Positions 38,737 to 47,473 of a stretch of 64,000 bases of DNA are shown here, one piece after another. The stretch spans positions 64,001 through 128,000 of IMG/VR virus record IMGVR_UViG_3300010965_000001. One strand, 5' to 3'. The stretch is from a virus (Duplodnaviria > Caudoviricetes). Position numbers and translations under genes: made by a program. The stretch's first letter is position 1. Every line of letters begins with the position of its first letter. The notes below the pieces were generated by a model that had not been told where the DNA came from, did no database searches, and was given only the letters and a program-made list of their open reading frames with translations.

Positions 38737-39897
38737 TTATCCAATGTAAATGAGTAATGGTACATATGATAACTTACCATGTAAATAGTCTGCCTCATTT
38801 TTTTCTTTTTCAAGTTGTGCGTCTCTTGACACTTTCTCAAGATTCTCACGAAGTTGTGCAATTAATTTATCTTTGTCTGCTTGTCCTTCTGTTCGAAGTG
38901 TTGCACCATCCAATGTAAGTTCTGAACCAGGAATTGGAACAGTGGAGTATTTTGAACGAATGTTGCCAAGTAATTCTTTTGATAAAGCCAATGTATATTG
39001 ACGAATCCATTGTCTACCAACATCGTTGATAAATTGATATGTTGGATTGTCAAATTGTGCATTAGAATAGTCCGATGTAACGCCTGTTGGTGATGCAAAA
39101 GAACCACTACCAAGTGCATTATTTCTATCACCAGTTACCATGTAATCAAAATACAATGGATAATCGTATGTAGGAATTGGACTAAGTTTTACCTTGTTAT
39201 TATACATTCTAAATGAGAATGCACTTCTTCGAATCATATCATTAAATTCAATCGACTGCATACGAAGTAAATCTGCGTAAAGGGGCATCAACATAAATGA
39301 TACACCTGTTGAATATCCAGTAAATCCAAATTCCTGTAACATTGAATATGTTCCAAGACCTGTTCCCGCGAATGGGTCAAAGTAACGTGCGATAGCAGGA
39401 ACATTTTGATGATACATTGCACGAATTTCAATTGTTTTTCCACTTTCACTTACTTCTGCCCATGCATTCAAATCATATTCAGTTTGATTACGTCTTACTT
39501 GAATCATGCCTTTTTTAATATCATAGTTTGGACTTACATTTGCTTCTGCTCCATACTGTTGAGAAATTGTAATAGTTCTTCCCATGTTAGGAATAAGTAA
39601 ACGATTTGTCAAATTCGATGAAGTTGGTGAACCTTGAATGTTCAACATATTTTCTCTTATAAGAAACTGATTTATCTGCGCACCATACTCCGTGATTGCT
39701 TCTTCAAAACAAGTGAAGAAAGAACCACTCTGTAATTCGATTTCAACAATCGGATAACCAAGTTTTCGCGCACAGAAATCTGCGACCCGCGGTGCTTCAA
39801 ACACATACAATGGGTCATCTTCGTAAAGCATGAACGGCGTCATTCCAGATGCAGTAAGATACGTTGCACTGCCGTCCCAAATAGGGGTTGTTGCCAT
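38737..39897 (-). CDS. neck/head-tail adaptor protein (gp13-like)
   Basis: LGYPIVEIEL, WIRQYTLALSKELLG.IRSKY...PG..LTLDG..L, ends PLLIYIG. Confidence 0.8.
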   Translation of the reverse strand: MATTPIWDGSATYLTASGMTPFMLYEDDPLYVFEAPRVADFCARKLGYPIVEIELQSGSFFTCFEEAITEYGAQINQFLIRENMLNIQGSPTSSNLTNRLLIPNMGRTITISQQYGAEANVSPNYDIKKGMIQVRRNQTEYDLNAWAEVSESGKTIEIRAMYHQNVPAIARYFDPFAGTGLGTYSMLQEFGFTGYSTGVSFMLMPLYADLLRMQSIEFNDMIRRSAFSFRMYNNKVKLSPIPTYDYPLYFDYMVTGDRNNALGSGSFASPTGVTSDYSNAQFDNPTYQFINDVGRQWIRQYTLALSKELLGNIRSKYSTVPIPGSELTLDGATLRTEGQADKDKLIAQLRENLEKVSRDAQLEKEKNEADYLHGKLSYVPLLIYIG

Positions 39898-39906
39898 GTG
39901 TTATCC

Positions 39907-40083
39907 TTATGGTTTGTATTTTGTTATTTTTCCCAAAATTGTAAAATTTGATTTAGCACCTGTTTGGGTGGTATTGGTCATTTTGGGTGTGAATCCACGT
40001 TCAAATTTATCAGAAAAAAAGTTTGTTATTGATAATTTTGCGAACGGTGATGAGGTTTTCTTGAATATGTCAAGTAATGCCAT
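39907..40083 (-). CDS. 58-aa hypothetical protein missed by the ORF track
   Basis: AGGAG RBS, ATG at 40083, MALLDIFKKTSSPFAKLSITNFFSDKFERGFTPKM...KYKP*; ATATTTATA at 40111-40119. Confidence 0.7.
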   Translation of the reverse strand: MALLDIFKKTSSPFAKLSITNFFSDKFERGFTPKMTNTTQTGAKSNFTILGKITKYKP

Positions 40084-40170
40084 GATTTTCTCCTGTGATG
40101 GTTATTTAGATATAAATATCGGATTGTAGTTAAAAAGTGTTGCTTTATTTAAATTTATAACTAAAATTTA

Positions 40171-40179
40171 ATATTTATA
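40171..40179 (+). promoter_or_regulatory. ATATTTATA element driving the only plus-strand gene
   Basis: Same 9-mer, flipped in orientation together with the gene. A weak TTGCTT-N16-TAAAAT lies just upstream. Confidence 0.65.
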
Positions 40180-40229
40180 GACAATGGTAACGTACCTACA
40201 CAAACACAACTAACAAAGGAGAAATATAA

Positions 40230-42359
40230 ATGAAAAAGATTTTAATCGCAATATTACTTGCGTTAACGGTTCTCACATCGACTGCACATGCTGGTAAGTG
40301 GTTTACTACTTACTACGCGGTGTGGTCTTATCAAGCAGTTGGAACTGCACCAAATTCATGCCCACCGTGGGAAATTGATTGGAATGGACTAACACACATG
40401 GTGTTGTTTGACAATGGAAATGTAACACAGAATCCACCGTATTGGGCGTACATGTTTGCTGGAACTGGAAAACCAAAAAACGGAAATATACAAGCAGGTA
40501 GACCAACTGACACAGAATCGGACTCTACAGAAATTCATTATGCGGGAATTTCAAATCCAGGAAATGGAACGTGGCCTAAGTATTTGGACAGTCTTGTCAC
40601 AATTGGTCACAGAAACAACGTAAGAATGTTTATTACCATTCAAGGAGTAAATCCAACCAATCTAAATGCAATCGCAAATGACTCTGCAAAAGCACAGGTA
40701 TTAGTAAATACACTTGTTGCATGGGCTGAACGAAAAAAGTTTGATGGAGTTGAACTTGATTGGGAAGGGTGGGCTGTTCCACTTCCTCCAACTCCAATCG
40801 TAAGTAGATTTGTCCGTCTGTTGTATAGACGATTACAAACAATGAAAACAGGTCTTGGTGGAAGAGCGCAGTTGCTTGTTGCTGGCGGAAGCAATTATTG
40901 GGATAAGTATGACCCAGAACAAGATTATATGGTTGACCAATACAATTTAATGATGTATGACTACACATTTGCATGGGATGATGCCGCTGCAAGAAATGGA
41001 GTATGGCATATCTCTCCATTATATCATGGATATAAAGGTTCTTCGTACATGGGACTCAAGTGGGATTTCCCAAGTTGGCAAGGTGGTTCGTATGAAGACC
41101 GTGGACCTTTACAGTGGGCACAGAAAGGACATGATATTAAAAAGATGGGAATTGGTATACCGACATATGCAGATGTATACATCGGCACTAAAACCTTTAG
41201 AAGTGGATTCAGTCAAATCATGTCTAATGGTCCATATAAAGTTTATGAAGGACTAAAGTCAATTGGTGGTACAAAGGTTTGGGATGATGCTCAGAAGGTT
41301 GAACATACTTATGGAAGAACAACTGCGGCATATCCTTGGTGGTGGTATCAATCGATTCCTGCCAACACAGACTATTATGCAGTATCAGAAACTCCAGCAT
41401 CAATCGCAATGAAATACGAATGGATAGTTAAGATTGGCGCAGGTGGGGTAATGACATACGATTATTGCAATGACATGAATGGTGCATATCCGAAGGGTGA
41501 CAAACGTAGGCATCCGTTAAATAGAGCAGTAGGTGATGCTATTTTAGGATTGCCACCAACACCAGTTGACAGTTCGATTATTGCTCCTCCAGATACAACG
41601 GCAGTTCCACAACCTCCAGTGGATGGTGGAATGGATGTTACAAGTGATTCTATCTTCGTTGGTAAACAACTTATTACACCGTGGAATTCTGACCGTTCTT
41701 GGGCAATCGGTGTTAATTGGAATGGAGATTCGGCAGTAGTAAATTATTCCGCATGGGGTGGATTACAATTGGCAGTTGGTGGTTGGGATAGATATGTTAT
41801 CGTTGATACTGTTAAATATGACTCAATTAGATTTAACGTAAAGACTGTGGCAGGGAAGAATATTAACATGTTCAGTGGATTCCAAAGTTCAATAGATTCT
41901 GGATACATGCGCATTGATGTGAAATCATTCCCAGTGTCAGATAAATGGGCAACACAAACATTACACATTCCATTCCCTTGGTATATGTTCTATGTACAAG
42001 TATCTGATGGGTCTGTGCAAACAGTTTACTTCGACAACTTTATATTGATTCCAAAAGTTGGTGTGACGCCTCCAGATACAATAAAACCGATACCACCGGC
42101 GTGTGATACGGTATTTGTGACGGACACGGTTATAGTTGCTCCACCACTTAAAACACCAACTGCAAGTATTTCATCTATTCCAGGCACGACATTCTTAATA
42201 TGGAATTCATGTGGAGCAGATGCAGTTAAGATTGATAAGTATGGACCAGTGGCAACGACAGGACATAAGAATGTACTACTTACAAAGACTACTACGTTCG
42301 TATTAACAGCAACGAATAAGGCAGGAAGTGTAAGTGTATCGACAACGATGTTGAAGTAA
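40230..42359 (+). CDS. secreted GH18 (chitinase-like) glycoside hydrolase with CBM-like and Ig-like C-terminal domains
   Basis: Signal peptide ending TAHA|G; IDWNGLTH, FDGVELDWEG, NLMMYDY, KMGIGIPTY, GAGGVMTY; P/T-rich linkers. Confidence 0.88.
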   Translation: MKKILIAILLALTVLTSTAHAGKWFTTYYAVWSYQAVGTAPNSCPPWEIDWNGLTHMVLFDNGNVTQNPPYWAYMFAGTGKPKNGNIQAGRPTDTESDSTEIHYAGISNPGNGTWPKYLDSLVTIGHRNNVRMFITIQGVNPTNLNAIANDSAKAQVLVNTLVAWAERKKFDGVELDWEGWAVPLPPTPIVSRFVRLLYRRLQTMKTGLGGRAQLLVAGGSNYWDKYDPEQDYMVDQYNLMMYDYTFAWDDAAARNGVWHISPLYHGYKGSSYMGLKWDFPSWQGGSYEDRGPLQWAQKGHDIKKMGIGIPTYADVYIGTKTFRSGFSQIMSNGPYKVYEGLKSIGGTKVWDDAQKVEHTYGRTTAAYPWWWYQSIPANTDYYAVSETPASIAMKYEWIVKIGAGGVMTYDYCNDMNGAYPKGDKRRHPLNRAVGDAILGLPPTPVDSSIIAPPDTTAVPQPPVDGGMDVTSDSIFVGKQLITPWNSDRSWAIGVNWNGDSAVVNYSAWGGLQLAVGGWDRYVIVDTVKYDSIRFNVKTVAGKNINMFSGFQSSIDSGYMRIDVKSFPVSDKWATQTLHIPFPWYMFYVQVSDGSVQTVYFDNFILIPKVGVTPPDTIKPIPPACDTVFVTDTVIVAPPLKTPTASISSIPGTTFLIWNSCGADAVKIDKYGPVATTGHKNVLLTKTTTFVLTATNKAGSVSVSTTMLK

Positions 42360-42360
42360 T

Positions 42361-42397
42361 AAAAAGGGAGTGCTCTTGGTAGGGCACTCCCATTTTT
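42361..42397. terminator. bidirectional terminator between the convergent GH18 and T9SS-cargo genes
   Basis: A5-GGGAGTGCTC-TTGGTA-GGGCACTCCC-A-T5. Confidence 0.85.
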
Positions 42398-42401
42398 ATG
42401 C

Positions 42402-43313
42402 TTATTTTATAACTGTAAGTTTCTTCGTTTCTGAAAATTTATCTACGGTAAGACGATATACATACATACCGCTTGTCAAATCTGATGCAAGCAACACTCT
42501 TGAATAATTTCCTGCTGTAAGCGTCTCTGCAACAAGTGTCTTTACTTCTCTACCAGTAATATCAAATACTGTTAATCGTGCAAATCCACTTATTGGAAGT
42601 GTAAACGAAATTGTGGTAGAAGGATTGAACGGATTTGGGTAGTTTTGATTCAATAAGAATACAGAAGGTGCCAATATATTCACTTCAATTTCATCGGAAT
42701 ATGTGAACGCACCATCTCTATCAATCTGCTTCAATCGATACTGAACAGTTCCATTTGCAGTTTTATCAGTAAATGAATAATCCTTTGGTGAACTTGACGT
42801 TCCTGCCCCTGTAACAAATCCAACCTTTGTCCACACACCATCCCTACGTTCGATGTCAAACCCGAAATTATTAGTCTCTGTGGCGGTATTCCAATTAAGT
42901 GTTACGACAGTTCCCTTTGCCTGTGCGGTGAATGATGTAAGTTCAACAGGAAGTGCATCAAATAAAAAGTAATGACTTTGCTCTGAGGAATACCCAATCG
43001 CTTTTGCAGTTATTCTAAAACCATTGTGATATACGGTTGATGCGTTTACCTTTATATCTGTGAATTTTGCAACTCCACTTACGGTAGTTTTCGAAAGTGT
43101 TCCCGACAATGTACCTTCACCGTGAGTTAAACTAAGTGTGACAAGTGCTTCACTATCACCAGAATGCCACTTGTGAATTGCAACGATTGGCTGTTTTGAT
43201 AAGAGAACGTTTGCACTATCTCCGTTAGGTTGCTGGCTAAATTTAAGACTTGAACTGAAAGTAAAAGTCGTAACCATAAGTAACATTGTTAAAAGTTGTA
43301 TAAGTTTCTTCAT
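42402..43313 (-). CDS. secreted Ig-like protein with a type IX secretion (T9SS/Por) type-A C-terminal sorting domain
   Basis: Signal peptide; LKFSQQP...QPIV...GTL...GVAKF Ig-like domain; LPVELTSFTA...YRLKQIDRDG.F.YS domain; FLLNQNYPNPFNPSTTISF...VFDITGREV...SGMYVYRL...KKLTVIK CTD. Confidence 0.9.
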   Translation of the reverse strand: MKKLIQLLTMLLMVTTFTFSSSLKFSQQPNGDSANVLLSKQPIVAIHKWHSGDSEALVTLSLTHGEGTLSGTLSKTTVSGVAKFTDIKVNASTVYHNGFRITAKAIGYSSEQSHYFLFDALPVELTSFTAQAKGTVVTLNWNTATETNNFGFDIERRDGVWTKVGFVTGAGTSSSPKDYSFTDKTANGTVQYRLKQIDRDGAFTYSDEIEVNILAPSVFLLNQNYPNPFNPSTTISFTLPISGFARLTVFDITGREVKTLVAETLTAGNYSRVLLASDLTSGMYVYRLTVDKFSETKKLTVIK

Positions 43314-43424
43314 ATGTTTATCCTTTATATAGTTTTATGATAAGATTGTCTTATCACTTATATAAATATACAAAGAATAAACTTCTGTAAATAGTTAGAA
43401 CTTTCTAATGAACATTAGAAGTTT

Positions 43425-44114
43425 CTAATATTTCCCCTTACTCAAATTCTCTTTCCACGGTAACATTGTCAAATTACTGTATTTTGCTATCTCTTTTGGA
43501 GGTATTCCATTGTCAAATCCACAACGAACTCCTACAATATGGTCTATTTGATATGCACCCTCTACACCGCAACGTCCACGTTTATCAAAATTTTCAAGAA
43601 TTGGATTCTCACGTAATGACTTATATGTCTCTTTCCATACGTCTGCTTTATATCGTTTCCAAATTGGAAATTTCTCTTCATACTCTTCCCATGAGGAGAA
43701 GCCTGCTTTGACGGCGCGCATTTGTTTTATACCATCCTCTGTTATGACATCGTTCCAAGTCTTTTTATATTTGTAATTTGCACATCCGTCACAAATTGCG
43801 TTTATTTTATCCGCACGTTTTCTATTATCATCCCTCGCATAATACAGCACTTTGCCACAGTCAGGACAGTTTCTTGTAAATTTAGCTGGTTCACTTTTCT
43901 TTCGTCGTGCCGTTTGGTCATGATTCGGTTTACGTCCTTTCAATGCCTTGGACAGTTGACTGCGTTGCTTCTTCGAAATAACTTTGCAATTAAGATTTGC
44001 CTTGCCACCGCATGTGCGACCATTTCTAATTGCTCCATCTCTATTACTTTTAGTTGAGTGATAAACAGTACCACCACATTTAGGACATTCTCTCGACCAT
44101 TCTGTAATTTCCAT
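43425..44114 (-). mobile_element. free-standing HNH-type endonuclease with tandem Zn fingers
   Basis: CPKCG..., CPDCG...CDGC; YQIDHIV...NLTMLPWKENLSKG. Confidence 0.7.
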
Positions 44115-44141
44115 AATTTTTTCCTTTTATAGTTGTATTAT

Positions 44142-44170
44142 AATATAAGGAATATTTTGGTTAAAGTCAA
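44142..44170 (-). promoter_or_regulatory. sigma70-type promoter for the HNH gene
   Basis: TTGACT-N17-TATATT immediately after the capsid terminator. Confidence 0.8.
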
Positions 44171-44175
44171 GGCAT

Positions 44176-44205
44176 AAAAAAGGAGAGCGTTTCCGCTCTC
44201 CTTTT
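44176..44205 (-). terminator. major capsid gene terminator
   Basis: GGAGAGCG-GAAA-CGCTCTCC-T6 on the minus strand. Confidence 0.88.
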
Positions 44206-44230
44206 CAAATCTACAACAATTACCACCAGA

Positions 44231-45883
44231 TTAAAGCGTCTGCAATTTGCAGATGACCTTCCCGTAAAACTCAGGGCGAACCATCTTCTTTGCATATCTT
44301 GTGAGCACGCCTTTTCTTGGTGTGAAATTTGACGGGTCATAAACCAACGGTGTCATAACAAGTGGCACGTATGGTGCATAAACCGCACCTGTCTCAAGGA
44401 ACTGCTGTCCACGGAATCCAACGAGGATTGTGTTTTCCAACATGTAAGGATTCTTATAGACGGTGAAGCGGTTGTTGATTGCTCCGACCTTCTGAACACC
44501 CATTGCATATTGCTGTTTGTCGCCATTCGTATCGGCCGAATATCCAGGAATTGACTCAAGGATTGTTGACACTTCTGGTGAACAGACAAGGAAGTTTGCA
44601 CCCCCTCTCATTGTACGCTGATGAATCTTGTTGCTTACCTTCTGAACCTTGGTAATCAACGTCTGATACCAGGTCTGCTGTGTGTATGCAGATGCTGCAT
44701 TAACACTTGAATCCATTTGGAATGTACTCGTACCTGCATCAAAATATTCACCAGTTCTCGCTGACCAATATTCCGTGGTCAATGCGTTTTGAATCAACAT
44801 GTCAAGGATTTCCAAATCGATTTCCATCGAGATGTATTCCGACAACATGCTTGTTAATTCTGCTTCCGCGTCGATTGAATGGAATGCATTCAAGTCTTGC
44901 GCGAATTCAGGTGTCCACACTGCTTTCAACTTACGTGTTTTTGCCACGATAGGAATCGAGCGCATCTCAATGTTGATTTCAGGGATAGCAAGTGTGTCAA
45001 GAATTCCTGAACCCACTGTATCTTCGAAGTCACCACGAGTTGTCTGTGTTGGTTGAACTTGGTACTGAACGTTAATGTCACCACCCGTTGCTGAACCACC
45101 CGAACCTGCAAGTGTACCAGAAACGATAAACTGAACCAATGTATCATTCGATACAAGTTTCGTGTATGCTGGGTAGAATGTTACAACTCTGGTTGCACTT
45201 GAACCACTGATGGTCCATGCACGAACACCATTCATGTCAGCGTTAGCCGATGTGAACGTCGATGCTGCCATCGTGACCTTCTGTAAACCAAATGATGGCT
45301 GTAATATAGAAGCCGAAAGGTTCATGTCATAATTCACATCTGCCCATGATGCTGAGGTAATTGTGAGTGACGATGACGCGAATGCAACACTCGTATCATT
45401 GATTGAATAACCAAAACGACCTGCACCATAAAGACCATTATTGCTAAGTGTCTCAAATGCTGAACCGCTTGTGTTACCGTACAACGATGTCTGCGAGTTG
45501 AAACCAGGCTGGTTGTTGTTATACTTAAAGTCTAAGTAGAACACAAGACCAGATGGAAGACTCATTGGTTGAACCGAAACGAATTCCTTCGAAGCGATTT
45601 CACCGAACACTTTACGAACCAATGGAAGTGCAACACCAGTCCATGCTTCCTGACCTGTGTTACCACCGATTGTTCCTGTGCCCGTTGCGTTTGCTTCTGA
45701 AATCAACTGTTTCGCTTGATTTTCAAGAAGCGTGCTCATTCCGTGCTTATCAAAGTCGGAACCCACACCTTCTAAAAGACCAGACTTTTCCCACTTGTCA
45801 ACAAGCTGTTTGGTCTCGTTAATCTGCTTGCGGTACATACCCTCTGTATTCACAAGTTTTTCTATGCCAGATAATGCGCTCAT
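44231..45883 (-). CDS. major capsid protein (T4 gp23-like)
   Basis: LENQA, LPLVRKVF, VQPMSLPSGLVF, AKTRKLKAVWTPEFAQDL, YAPYVPL, TRYA. Probable maturation site LISE63|A. Confidence 0.97.
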   Translation of the reverse strand: MSALSGIEKLVNTEGMYRKQINETKQLVDKWEKSGLLEGVGSDFDKHGMSTLLENQAKQLISEANATGTGTIGGNTGQEAWTGVALPLVRKVFGEIASKEFVSVQPMSLPSGLVFYLDFKYNNNQPGFNSQTSLYGNTSGSAFETLSNNGLYGAGRFGYSINDTSVAFASSSLTITSASWADVNYDMNLSASILQPSFGLQKVTMAASTFTSANADMNGVRAWTISGSSATRVVTFYPAYTKLVSNDTLVQFIVSGTLAGSGGSATGGDINVQYQVQPTQTTRGDFEDTVGSGILDTLAIPEINIEMRSIPIVAKTRKLKAVWTPEFAQDLNAFHSIDAEAELTSMLSEYISMEIDLEILDMLIQNALTTEYWSARTGEYFDAGTSTFQMDSSVNAASAYTQQTWYQTLITKVQKVSNKIHQRTMRGGANFLVCSPEVSTILESIPGYSADTNGDKQQYAMGVQKVGAINNRFTVYKNPYMLENTILVGFRGQQFLETGAVYAPYVPLVMTPLVYDPSNFTPRKGVLTRYAKKMVRPEFYGKVICKLQTL

Positions 45884-45914
45884 ATAATTTATTTCTCCTT
45901 CTTATGTTTGATTG

Positions 45915-47048
45915 TTATTTTGTAATTCCAGCCAATTTTTGGAAACGTGCTGCTAACTCTGTTCCTTCGTTAATAACTGACTTTTGGACAGTTGCTACAC
46001 TTGGACGTGTTGAACCTACTGTGCGTGATGCCATTGACTCAACAATCTTATGTGCCGAATTTGACTTAGGTGCTGCCTGTTTCATGCCTGTGAATGCTTC
46101 TTCTAACGTCGAATAAATGAGTTTGCACTCTTTCAACGTAATAGCGCGGTCAAGCGTTTCAATCACACGTAACTTCTGTGATTCATTCATTGAATGATTC
46201 TTGAAAAGTTTGTTTGTGAATAAAAGTTTAGCGTTCAAAAGGTTTACTTCGTTAAGTTTGCTACGTAAAAACACGATAACATTGCGGTGTTCTTTGAGGC
46301 TCTTCTTAACTTCATTTAATTCATTTGATGAAGGTGATGCTTCGTATTCATTCTTGAGTTCTTTGATAAGTTCTTCAAGATTGACTTCCTCTTCCATCTC
46401 TGCTTCATCACCTTCCTGTGCGATTTCTTCCTTTACTGCTGTGTAGGTAAGACCTGTCTTCTTCTTTGCGAATTGACTTCCAGCCTTCTCAACACCCTTA
46501 ACTGCATTTTTTTCTGCCTTGTTAGCACCAGTTGTATTCGAAGTTGTTAAATAATCTGCGGCTTCCGAAAGTGATGCTTCTTCTTCAAGTGCACGGACGA
46601 TTGAATCAAGTGAGAATTCATCAAGTTCTTCAGGCTCTTCTTCACCTTCTGCACCAAACTCATCACCACCATCTTCAGCTGGTTCTTCTTCGAAATCCAT
46701 ATCATCACCAACACCACCTTCTGCTGCTGCAGGAGTAAGTGTTACTGTACCACTGATATTGAATTGCTCTTCACCGCCACCCATTTCCTCTTCGCCGAAC
46801 TCTTCACCTTCTGGTGCGCCAAACTCTTCTTCACCAGCTGTATCTGCGCCAAACTCTTCTCCGCCTTCTTCACCACCACCAAACTCATCTTCTTCTTCGC
46901 CATCAACTTCATTTTGAAGAGTTGCGTTGAGCATTGATTGTAATTTAGGTGCGAATGCTTCTTCAAGAGCGGCTTTTGCGTTTGCCATTGCGGTCTCACG
47001 GACGGCTTTAGCATCTGCGATAGCCTCTCGTAAAAGGTCATCTTTCAT
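45915..47048 (-). CDS. prohead scaffolding protein (gp22-like)
   Basis: Directly upstream of the capsid gene; acidic EEFG repeats; LNEVNLLNAKLLFTNK; ends RFQKLAGI. Confidence 0.8.
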   Translation of the reverse strand: MKDDLLREAIADAKAVRETAMANAKAALEEAFAPKLQSMLNATLQNEVDGEEEDEFGGGEEGGEEFGADTAGEEEFGAPEGEEFGEEEMGGGEEQFNISGTVTLTPAAAEGGVGDDMDFEEEPAEDGGDEFGAEGEEEPEELDEFSLDSIVRALEEEASLSEAADYLTTSNTTGANKAEKNAVKGVEKAGSQFAKKKTGLTYTAVKEEIAQEGDEAEMEEEVNLEELIKELKNEYEASPSSNELNEVKKSLKEHRNVIVFLRSKLNEVNLLNAKLLFTNKLFKNHSMNESQKLRVIETLDRAITLKECKLIYSTLEEAFTGMKQAAPKSNSAHKIVESMASRTVGSTRPSVATVQKSVINEGTELAARFQKLAGITK

Positions 47049-47231
47049 ATTGTTTCTCCTTTAATATTGTATTTAGGGAATCTTAACTTATTGAGAAGTT
47101 AAATAGAAGTGTAATATTTTTTTGCAAACCCCATATATGGTAGGCATGGGGTATTTAATATAAGTATAAACAAATTTCGGAAACGAGCAATTTATTTAAA
47201 AATATTTTGCCTGTTTCCGAAATTATGTTAA

Positions 47232-47447
47232 TTAGTATTTCTCTTTTGCTTTTGCCTCTGCCGTTTCATATTCATTACGTCTGATTGATGAAATGTGTTT
47301 ACGTCTCTTTTTTGCCGAAGGTTTTTCAAATTCACGATGAAGTTCAAATTCTTCTAATACCTTAAAGTTCTTCATCTTACGTTTGAAATCTTTAAGTGCG
47401 AATTCTAAATTACCATTCTTAACTGCGACTACGATGTTTGTTGCCAT
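47232..47447 (-). CDS. rpsU: phage-encoded ribosomal protein bS21
   Basis: V.VKNGNLEFALKDFKRK......E...HREFEKPSAKKRRK is the bS21 signature. Confidence 0.85.
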   Translation of the reverse strand: MATNIVVAVKNGNLEFALKDFKRKMKNFKVLEEFELHREFEKPSAKKRRKHISSIRRNEYETAEAKAKEKY

Positions 47448-47473
47448 AACTATTTACCCTTTATGTTGTGTGT

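Noticed and set aside
46780-46900. Short direct repeats (GCCAAACTCTTC-like) in the scaffold gene
   Set aside because: They encode EEFG acidic repeats with irregular spacing and no unique spacers; not a CRISPR array.
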